From the IMG/VR virus record IMGVR_UViG_3300021425_002620: a stretch of DNA of 64,000 nt; one strand, 5' to 3'. This document shows, piece after piece, positions 45,316 to 53,680 of this stretch; position 1 is the stretch's first letter, and each line of letters begins with the position of its first letter. The position numbers were made by a program, and so were the translations under genes. Under the pieces are notes generated by a model. The model ran no database searches. It was not told the origin of the DNA and was given only the letters and a program-made list of their open reading frames with translations. Origin of the DNA: a virus. Taxonomy: Duplodnaviria; Caudoviricetes.

Positions 45316-45549
45316 TTAACTGATATTGATTAAATTGTCAAGATCAGAATCACTGTTTTCTTGTGATTTTTGGAAAGATTTTGCCCTACGAGAGCGCAAT
45401 TCTTCTTGATACATAAAAAGAATAGTATTAATTTGGCTTTGTACTTCTGGGTTTCTTGTCATCCAATATTTACGACTGAGCTCGATTGCTTTTTCTTCGA
45501 GCTCATTATCACTTAAATCTGATAAACTGTCAACAAGAGGATTGAACAT
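45316..45549 (-). CDS. hypothetical protein
   Basis: 77 aa ORF in operon order. Confidence 0.75.
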   Translation of the reverse strand: MFNPLVDSLSDLSDNELEEKAIELSRKYWMTRNPEVQSQINTILFMYQEELRSRRAKSFQKSQENSDSDLDNLINIS

Positions 45550-45551
45550 TA

Positions 45552-46166
45552 TTATTCAAACTGTCCTAATAGTTTGGCAAACACTTTTTGTCCATTATCT
45601 CTAGTCCAAAAATCAATAACAATTGGATCTGTATTGTTTGGAACATTAACAACTAATGAAGTTGCGGTGCTTGATGCGTCCCAGTTGTCAGAAGATAGTC
45701 TTTTAAATTCGCCTGAGTTTTCACTTAAAAAAGTAATTTCTCTTGTAGAAGCAGAATCGCTTAATAGTTCAACACGCATTTTTGCATAACCTTCATCTGG
45801 CCATTCTGAAAGTGTAAGCGTAATGTTTCCTGTTGACGATACTGCTTGATAGTGTCCGTTTTGAAAACTAAGGTTTTGATTAGCTGAAACACCATCACTA
45901 ACTAGTACTTGTTCTGTAGATTGATTTAAGTTCGCTCTAGTTAAAGTGCCGCCTGCTAGGTTGTTAATTTCTGCTAGTTCAGTGTCGTCGCCTGTTAGTG
46001 CAGATTTTAAAATAACTTTACTTTGTAGATCTTCTACTTCTGCTTTTGCTGCTGCTAAACTATCTTTAATAATTGTAAAATTATCACGAAATCCTTGGCT
46101 GTCGTTATCGACACCTGCTACTGGATATTCGTTATCTATTGTTAAACTTATAATGTTACTGGCCAT
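45552..46166 (-). CDS. putative virion structural protein
   Basis: N-terminal YPVAGVDNDSQGFRDNF plus coiled coil; beta-rich C-terminus; late-type CTAAATA upstream. Confidence 0.65.
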   Translation of the reverse strand: MASNIISLTIDNEYPVAGVDNDSQGFRDNFTIIKDSLAAAKAEVEDLQSKVILKSALTGDDTELAEINNLAGGTLTRANLNQSTEQVLVSDGVSANQNLSFQNGHYQAVSSTGNITLTLSEWPDEGYAKMRVELLSDSASTREITFLSENSGEFKRLSSDNWDASSTATSLVVNVPNNTDPIVIDFWTRDNGQKVFAKLLGQFE

Positions 46167-46200
46167 TTTATATCTTCTCCATATGTATTATTTAGCGTAG

Positions 46201-49200
46201 TTAAACATTAAAGATATAGTTTTGGAATACTATATAACGTTCTTCATTAATACCTTCTGCGCTATCTAGTACATATCTGTCAATGTCTAAGTTTAAATTT
46301 TTAAAGTCAAATTGTCCTTCTTTTAGTGCATTTAAAACATTAAGTCTAACTTGCTCTGCTTGTCCTTCTTTACAGTATGCTAACGGTATTGCTAATACAT
46401 ATCCTAGTTCTTGTATTGTATTTTCTTGTGGTGTTCGCATCCAAAGAGGTAGATACTTACTTTGACTCTTTCCTATTTCTTCTAATTTTTCTCTCATGTT
46501 AGAAATATTACTAATGTAATATCTTAACTCATTTGCTGAATTGATTACTACTGCGTTAGTGTCTGCTTTAATATTGTTTACTATTTTATCTCTAAATCTT
46601 TGACGTAGTGGTTCAGAGTCTGAAATGTCAATATCAATGTTTACTTCAGTTACACCATCTCTAAGTGTAATATCAATATCATTGTTGTCAAGCTCTTGCT
46701 GTAACGGTATGCCTTCTCTATTTCGAATAGTAAAACTATTCTCGCCGTCAATAACTACTTCTTGATCTCTAAATCTTCCATCGACTGGAACTGTGTTTAC
46801 ACCTGTATCTTGTGCTGTTGTATCATCTTTTGTTTCAATAGCAACACTATCAACAGTGATTGCTGGATCAGGTTTTGCTATAACAAAATCTGCTGTTTTT
46901 CCGCTAGTTGGCTCTTGCGGGTCAACTACTTCTAAATAAACAACTTCGTAAATTGTATCAGTTGTTCCTGGTTCTCTTGCTTTTGCTGTTTTAATTGCAC
47001 CTGTTCTGTATTGTTTACGTTTATGATTTTTGGCCGCAGCGGCTACAAACTCGTCTATTTTCTTAGTTTCAATGCCGGCATATGCTAGTATATTAATAGT
47101 TGGTTGTATACCAAAATTTGGATCGGCTGCCCTGTATATTGTATTTGGTGGAAATACTAAAGGATCGCTAATAAATCTTCTGTATTGATCTCTCATAGAT
47201 GGACTTAACATTGGACGCATATACAAATTACTGTACAATGTATCATCTTCATCATTGATAAGAACTGTAAATTCTTGTGTTATTGCACTATAACCAAACC
47301 TGTCTGCTGCTTTAATAGTAAACGTTTTTCTTCTATCAATACTTGTAGTACCTTCATCTAACGAAAAGTTTGCACCGTCAAATGTAGTTAAGCCTAAATT
47401 TTCTAGTGTACCAAACTGTGCTACTTTTCCAACAATTTCTCCATTGTATGCTAAACTTAGACCATTTGGTAAAGAACCGCTTTCAAGTGTATACACTAGT
47501 CTTGCATCTGGAACAGTTGTTGCTGCTACAACTCTAAGTGTGCTAATAAAGTTTGCTGTAATAGTTCCTAAATCTGATGGAGTGATCCATTGTATAGTAC
47601 TATCAACTTCTCCAAGAACTTTTAAACTAAATGTTTTAGATGTAGCAGGGTTTGTTATATCGCTGTTTGCTGTGCTAATAATAGACTTTTCAAAAAAGTC
47701 ATCTTCAAATAATGCTAGTCCATATCTTTCACCAATTGCCCATTCTCTGCCAGGCTGGAAGTTTTCGTTAAATTTAACAACACTAACATTATCGTTTATT
47801 AGCTCGTAAACTAAATCATCGTCGGTTCCTGCATCATAAAAAATTTGTCTTATTTTGTATTCTCGAGTATAGATACTTTTAGGAGCCTTAAATCTAACAA
47901 AATCTCTATCTGCTGATAGTATATTAACTGGCCAAGGTTTAGGATCAGAGCCATCATTTAGTCTAAAAATTCTTAAAATTTTATCAGCCATTGGTTCAAT
48001 GGCACCTCCAACAATAGGTTCTTGATCCCCTGCTGACAAATTAATTTCTATGCTGCTGCTTGGACTTCTAATCGTCCATTCTACATAGTCTATTATTTCT
48101 TTTACACTATAACTTTCAGTGTTAGTAAATTTTAAATTTTTACCTATAAAATTTTGTGCTGCTATAAAATTAATTCGTTCAACGTATAGGTAATAACTTT
48201 CAAGAGTTTGATTTTGCTGTATTATAAATTCTATCTTAGGTTCTAAAGGCGTAGTTAATGTTATAATATCAAAGTCGTCATTTGTTCCATCAACTGCTTC
48301 AACTAGGTAAGAACGTCCTTCAAGTGATAGTCGTAGTCCTCTTAGTACTGCAAGATCTTCAATACCGTCGTTGAGTGTCACACCGTCTTGTTCAGTTAGT
48401 GGTAGTTTATAAATTTTAAACGATCTATTACCAGACTGTGTATCTTCATATATTGTTCCTGTAACAATAGCATAATCAAGATCTAATGAAAAACGTGTTG
48501 CTGTTATTGTAAATTTATATTCTTTTGTTACTGCTGGCTGATATCCCAGTGTCCCTGCAATTTCTCCTGAGATAGTATCAAGTTTTGTTCCTGCTGGAAT
48601 AACACTTGGCGATCCGTCATCATTAAAATCTTCTAGATTATAAAGAACTTTACCATCAAGTGTGTCTGAATCGTATACATCTAAATAAACAATAACATTA
48701 TTGTTAGCACGTTTGTATCCTAAGTCTGCAGGCGTTAACCATATTGGCTGTCTAATATTAGTATTGTCAGCTCTAAATATACCTGTAGAAATTTTTAGTA
48801 TGGAATTATCAGCACGTAAGAAATCGTCACCAACTACATATATTCTAAATATACGTTGTGGAGGATTTTCAGTGTAACCGTCGTTTACTGTTACTCTAAA
48901 CTCATAGTATCTATTTAATTTTTTTGGTGTTTGTGATTCGTAAGCAAAGTCAAAGGTAAAAGTATCATAAAAGAAACTATCCCAACCGTTGTCACTGCGT
49001 ATAGCAAAATCTGATGGAAATATATCATAAGGTGATGTATCCCAGCCTCCTGATTCTGCACGTTTGTCTAGTGCAAGTAATGGTTCAACTACACCAACAA
49101 TTTTACCTTCGGGCGTAAGAGATATACCAGGAGGAAGTTCTCCGTCACCAGGTCTAATATAATATTCTAACGGCTGTCCTGCACTAACATCAGGATCTTG

Positions 49201-49578
49201 TGCTATAAGTTGATAATCAATAAATTCATTGTCAAGGATAAAGAAACTATCTCCGCGACCAACTGGAAGCAAGTCAGGATTTGTAACCCAAAACGGTTCG
49301 TCTTCGTCACCTACTAAAAATATAATAGTACGATCTTCAAATCCATCTGGACTAACTGCTCTAAAAACTACTTTATATTCTATAGTAGTCGGTAGTTCAA
49401 ATGGTGTTCCCCTAACTTCAAGTTCTTCTATTCTTACGCCATCAGGCAATTTACCTGCAATAACATGTATTTCAACTACATCACTTGATATAGGTAATGT
49501 TAGATCACCAGGATCTAACCTAACTCTTTCTGTAAGAGTAATAGTATGGTTGTTGGGTACATTCCAGAGATTTGCCAT
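46201..49578 (-). CDS. large baseplate wedge-like protein with putative Ig repeats
   Basis: Repeated G-x-LP-x-G-x-x-L-x-x-x-G-x-I-x-G units; late promoter at 49603-49609; in the structural region. Confidence 0.7.
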   Translation of the reverse strand: MANLWNVPNNHTITLTERVRLDPGDLTLPISSDVVEIHVIAGKLPDGVRIEELEVRGTPFELPTTIEYKVVFRAVSPDGFEDRTIIFLVGDEDEPFWVTNPDLLPVGRGDSFFILDNEFIDYQLIAQDPDVSAGQPLEYYIRPGDGELPPGISLTPEGKIVGVVEPLLALDKRAESGGWDTSPYDIFPSDFAIRSDNGWDSFFYDTFTFDFAYESQTPKKLNRYYEFRVTVNDGYTENPPQRIFRIYVVGDDFLRADNSILKISTGIFRADNTNIRQPIWLTPADLGYKRANNNVIVYLDVYDSDTLDGKVLYNLEDFNDDGSPSVIPAGTKLDTISGEIAGTLGYQPAVTKEYKFTITATRFSLDLDYAIVTGTIYEDTQSGNRSFKIYKLPLTEQDGVTLNDGIEDLAVLRGLRLSLEGRSYLVEAVDGTNDDFDIITLTTPLEPKIEFIIQQNQTLESYYLYVERINFIAAQNFIGKNLKFTNTESYSVKEIIDYVEWTIRSPSSSIEINLSAGDQEPIVGGAIEPMADKILRIFRLNDGSDPKPWPVNILSADRDFVRFKAPKSIYTREYKIRQIFYDAGTDDDLVYELINDNVSVVKFNENFQPGREWAIGERYGLALFEDDFFEKSIISTANSDITNPATSKTFSLKVLGEVDSTIQWITPSDLGTITANFISTLRVVAATTVPDARLVYTLESGSLPNGLSLAYNGEIVGKVAQFGTLENLGLTTFDGANFSLDEGTTSIDRRKTFTIKAADRFGYSAITQEFTVLINDEDDTLYSNLYMRPMLSPSMRDQYRRFISDPLVFPPNTIYRAADPNFGIQPTINILAYAGIETKKIDEFVAAAAKNHKRKQYRTGAIKTAKAREPGTTDTIYEVVYLEVVDPQEPTSGKTADFVIAKPDPAITVDSVAIETKDDTTAQDTGVNTVPVDGRFRDQEVVIDGENSFTIRNREGIPLQQELDNNDIDITLRDGVTEVNIDIDISDSEPLRQRFRDKIVNNIKADTNAVVINSANELRYYISNISNMREKLEEIGKSQSKYLPLWMRTPQENTIQELGYVLAIPLAYCKEGQAEQVRLNVLNALKEGQFDFKNLNLDIDRYVLDSAEGINEERYIVFQNYIFNV

Positions 49579-49621
49579 ATAAACTTTTTCCTTTTACATA
49601 GCTATTTATCGGAATTTGAGC

Positions 49622-50308
49622 TTAACTAAATTGACCAAAGTCTAAATCTAAGTCTGTTGGTGCGTCTACAGTTCCAAATTCAATATCAATGTAATATCTA
49701 AAATAGTCAAGAAAAGAATTAATTCCTGTTCCTTTTGGTTCTCCGAAATCAAAGTCATTAAAGAAACCGTTATGATCTCTAATATCTATTCCGTGAACAA
49801 GGGATTGAACATTTGCTGCTGTCATTAAATCGACATTTACAATATCATTTTGGTTTGCATTTAGTGTTGCATTTAATGAAGGATTTGTATCCGATGCTAA
49901 TGATGCATTACCTGAAATTTTAACAGCATTACTATTTTGATCAACAGTTGTAGTAATACCTTGTTCACCAACAACTCTTAATGCTTGTCTTGCTGGCACA
50001 GTCATTGCACCAGTATTGGCAATGATATCTCTATCAGCAAGAGTCGAATCAACAGCTATTGTAATAGAATTAGTGTTTTCTGTTACATTTACACTATCAC
50101 CACCTATAATAGATCTAAACTCTAAGTCGTAACCGTTTCTTATTTTGAAAATTCCTGCACCTGTTCCTAAGTTTAAACCTTCTGTTTTATCGTCAATACG
50201 TAAGTCTAGGTCTTCTAAACTACGATTTACCTTTATAAATGCTTCACGAAGATCGTCACCTGTGCCGTCGTTTGCTATTCTACCAATGTTAATTAATTCT
50301 ATTGCCAT
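49622..50308 (-). CDS. gp9/gp10-like baseplate-associated protein
   Basis: INIGRIANDGTGDDLREAFIKVN N-terminus. Confidence 0.75.
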   Translation of the reverse strand: MAIELINIGRIANDGTGDDLREAFIKVNRSLEDLDLRIDDKTEGLNLGTGAGIFKIRNGYDLEFRSIIGGDSVNVTENTNSITIAVDSTLADRDIIANTGAMTVPARQALRVVGEQGITTTVDQNSNAVKISGNASLASDTNPSLNATLNANQNDIVNVDLMTAANVQSLVHGIDIRDHNGFFNDFDFGEPKGTGINSFLDYFRYYIDIEFGTVDAPTDLDLDFGQFS

Positions 50309-50331
50309 GGATTCATCCTATCTGTTATATG

Positions 50332-50349
50332 TATTTATCAAGATAAATA
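50332..50349. promoter_or_regulatory. back-to-back late promoters
   Basis: TATTTATC-AA-GATAAATA palindrome between divergent genes, each followed by an SD. Confidence 0.7.
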
Positions 50350-50368
50350 GTTTATACAGGAGATATTA

Positions 50369-52678
50369 ATGGCACGACCATCATTCAATAATATTGGACT
50401 TAGACGAGATCTAAATCTAGCAGACGTAGATGACCCATCAGCAGCCTTAAACAACTTGCTTAATAACTTGGTTGTTACAGATGAAGGACAAACATTTAGT
50501 GGCGGCGATTTAGACGCTATTAAGGGCATATCAAATTCAACAGTTACTAATCGAGATATTGCTGCTATGGCAAACTTAGCAGTTAAAAACGCATATTTAG
50601 ACCCTGAAACAAACGAGATTGTAGAAGAAGTTGCTATACCTATTATTACAGTTAAAAACCAGTTAGATACAATTACTGCTACTACTAGTGATCCACCGTT
50701 TTTCAATGGCGGCGACGGCCTATTTTGTAGTTTTTACGAAACAGATCAAATTAATAACAATCTTAATATTAACTCAAGAGGTAGTGATGTTGTATTTGGC
50801 TCGCCTGTAGTTACTAAAAAGTTTTGGACCAACGGACTATTTGAATTTTCTAATAAACTTGACGATGCATTAAACGGTGCTAATGGTGCTATGCAATGGG
50901 AAGGTTATTATGTGCCTGACTCAAGCGGAACAACTACAATTAATATTGGTGCCACTGGTTATCTTATAGTTGAATTTGGCAACGAAAATGATGCATACGA
51001 AACCAAAAAAAATATATACACGCTTGAAAGGAGAGTATTTTCTACCTCAGGCACATCAGCAGATGAAAGAGTTAATATAACAGAGCAAGAAGCAAAAACT
51101 GTAGCAATTGGCGATAAAGTTACAGCAGCATTTGATAATAACGGCACTCCAATTTTAGCAACAGAAATTTCACAAGGACTAACAGTTGACGGTGTTGGAA
51201 CTACATCAATGGTTTTTAATCAACCTGTTACACTACCTGCAGGTTCTAGAATAGATCTTAGTTTAGAAGATCGTATCGGCGGGGACGAATACAGATTTAG
51301 TGTAATATTAACTAACTTAGAAAAATATGTTCCAAGATTGATTAGATTTACATTTTGGTTTCCAGGCGAAGAGATAAATTATTTTAACAAAGTCATAGAC
51401 GTCAACTTGTCAACTGCACAGCGACCAGGTAGTGGCAGTTTTCCTTATTGGTATTTGTACACTCAGGTAGGGGAAATTAATACCGAAGAAAGTTTTAAAG
51501 GATTTTATGATAAGCGTCTATTAATGGGTGGCGGAACTATTGGTCCTGAAGATCCTATTAATAGTACCCAATATAACGAATTTGCTAGTATATCACCTCT
51601 TGCTATGCGATATTCTCCGCCGCTAGTTTATAGTGATATATTACGAGCAGAATATAGATACAGTACACTAGAAGACAGTGAAGTGATTAGTGTGTCTACT
51701 ACTGATCCGTATACCGACGACATTGAAATTGGTAATATTATATTTGCAAATAGTTTACCAAACAGTGAATCTGAAGTTATTGAGGTTGCTAAAAATAGTA
51801 TTGTTATTGCAAAAGATGCAGCGTTATCAGATTCAACACTAGATATTTTATTCATAGATCATAGAGGATATGTTATGAGTGACTTCTGTACTAGTACAGG
51901 AGATATTGTTGCTGTAAACGATAACACAGGTATTAGAGTTGGTGACGTAGTTATTACACAATCTTATGCTGGATCAGTATATATTCGTGTAACAGAAATT
52001 GTTGGAAATTCCCAATTTAGAACTAGTGTTAATCTTGGAATTAGTTCTCTTGAAAGGATTTTTGTTTATAGAGATGCAGGCCTAAGTAATCATGCACTTG
52101 ATAACTATTGTATAGGGGTATTTGGTAAAGAAGTTGCAGTGTCAGCGGCTGCTGGAACAGAATACATTACCCTCGACGATATAACAGGTATTGGCATTGG
52201 CAACGTTATACAAAGTAGTCCGTTTATTGAAACTGTTGACCAATACGATCCTACTACACTTACATTTGTTACTGAAATAAATCCTAATGGTTATCCTGCA
52301 AATACTATACGAATAAGTGAACCAATATTAGGAACAGATCCTATGGTTGCTGGTACCACTGTAGTTATTTGTCCAAACAGTACTGTGCAGAATAAAGAAG
52401 CATGTGTTATACCGTTAAATACTGCTCCTCCGTTTATTGGTACTCCGGACGGATTAAGAACAACTGACGGGCAAGGCTCTGTTGTAGGATTAGAACTTGC
52501 TGGGTCAACAGATCCAAATGATGACGACCCAGTATTAAGAGTTATTAGTTTTACTGTTCAATCTTCTAGTAATATAGTAGAATTACCTGCAAGTGGAACT
52601 TTTAGTTTTGATAATAAAGTTCCTTTAAAAATACAGGGAAATCAGTATTATATATTATCTACTACAAATGGTAGTTAA
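50369..52678 (+). CDS. tail/baseplate accessory protein with a PA14-like domain
   Basis: GLFCSFY...QWEGYYVPDSSG...GYLIVEF pattern; AGGAG SD. Confidence 0.7.
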   Translation: MARPSFNNIGLRRDLNLADVDDPSAALNNLLNNLVVTDEGQTFSGGDLDAIKGISNSTVTNRDIAAMANLAVKNAYLDPETNEIVEEVAIPIITVKNQLDTITATTSDPPFFNGGDGLFCSFYETDQINNNLNINSRGSDVVFGSPVVTKKFWTNGLFEFSNKLDDALNGANGAMQWEGYYVPDSSGTTTINIGATGYLIVEFGNENDAYETKKNIYTLERRVFSTSGTSADERVNITEQEAKTVAIGDKVTAAFDNNGTPILATEISQGLTVDGVGTTSMVFNQPVTLPAGSRIDLSLEDRIGGDEYRFSVILTNLEKYVPRLIRFTFWFPGEEINYFNKVIDVNLSTAQRPGSGSFPYWYLYTQVGEINTEESFKGFYDKRLLMGGGTIGPEDPINSTQYNEFASISPLAMRYSPPLVYSDILRAEYRYSTLEDSEVISVSTTDPYTDDIEIGNIIFANSLPNSESEVIEVAKNSIVIAKDAALSDSTLDILFIDHRGYVMSDFCTSTGDIVAVNDNTGIRVGDVVITQSYAGSVYIRVTEIVGNSQFRTSVNLGISSLERIFVYRDAGLSNHALDNYCIGVFGKEVAVSAAAGTEYITLDDITGIGIGNVIQSSPFIETVDQYDPTTLTFVTEINPNGYPANTIRISEPILGTDPMVAGTTVVICPNSTVQNKEACVIPLNTAPPFIGTPDGLRTTDGQGSVVGLELAGSTDPNDDDPVLRVISFTVQSSSNIVELPASGTFSFDNKVPLKIQGNQYYILSTTNGS

Positions 52679-53679
52679 ACATTTGATAAACAGAGGAAGT
52701 AAGTTACTCCGTTAAGCACAAAAGGAACTTTGTGTGTAAAATTAGTGGCATCAACATTGCCACTAGAACTTATAGCAGTAATACCTTGCACATCAAATCC
52801 GTTATTTAATATCAAATCGCCAGCAGTTACACTTAATGAACGGGTTGTTAAGTAATCATTAGTGCCATCATTAGTTTGCTCCCAAGGATTAAACGTATCT
52901 GAAAATGCTAATATTTTTTGAATATTAGTTAATGGACTTTCGGGATTAGTAATATATAGACCTGGACTGTTTAGGTTTAATCCTTCTTCAACAATAGTAT
53001 TACCAGGATCTCTAATAGTAAACACGCCTTCTAATTCAAAGTTATCATCTGTAGCAACATCTTCGTCGTTTACAAATTTCTTTCGTGCTTGATATTTTGC
53101 AACATCAAGATATTGGTAAATTTCTTGAAACGCTTCTGCATAGTCTAAATCATCAATTACTCCAAATGTGTTGCTACTATCGTCGCCGTCACCTGCAGAT
53201 AGTCCTGAACTAAAACTTGCAGTATCTTGTTCAACACCTAAGTATGTAAGATTGTCTAATACAACTTTATCAGAACGTATAACTTTAAAGTCGCCATCGG
53301 GTCTAAAAGTAAATTCGTCATCTAATTGAACATTATTTGCAAAACCAAATGTAGTTTCGCCATCACTGTCTCTTACAAATCCTGCTTCTTTAATAACAGT
53401 GCCGTCCAAATATTCAATTGAAATAGGATCACCGTTTGTAAATACTGCGCTTCTTAATCTTGATAGTTCTGCTGTATTATTAACAATAGTAACAAGACCA
53501 CTAATTCTATCATATTCGCCTGCAAATATAGTTAATTCTGACGTGTTAGAATTGTTGTTAATAAAAAGAGAAATATCATCAGCAATTGGAGCAGTACCTA
53601 AGTTATTAAGTGCTGTTCTATCTTGTGTGTTCTCAATTAAGTTTCCGGATTTAACAAATCCTTGTAATGCACCTGCCAT
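52675..53679 (-). CDS. tail-associated protein
   Basis: Shares N- and C-terminal motifs with the neighbouring genes. Confidence 0.7.
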   Translation of the reverse strand: MAGALQGFVKSGNLIENTQDRTALNNLGTAPIADDISLFINNNSNTSELTIFAGEYDRISGLVTIVNNTAELSRLRSAVFTNGDPISIEYLDGTVIKEAGFVRDSDGETTFGFANNVQLDDEFTFRPDGDFKVIRSDKVVLDNLTYLGVEQDTASFSSGLSAGDGDDSSNTFGVIDDLDYAEAFQEIYQYLDVAKYQARKKFVNDEDVATDDNFELEGVFTIRDPGNTIVEEGLNLNSPGLYITNPESPLTNIQKILAFSDTFNPWEQTNDGTNDYLTTRSLSVTAGDLILNNGFDVQGITAISSSGNVDATNFTHKVPFVLNGVTYFLCLSNV

Positions 53680-53680
53680 A

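Noticed and set aside
50309-52700. Invertible host-range segment around the plus-strand tail gene
   Set aside because: No matching inverted repeats at both ends and no invertase in the window; stop codons overlap.
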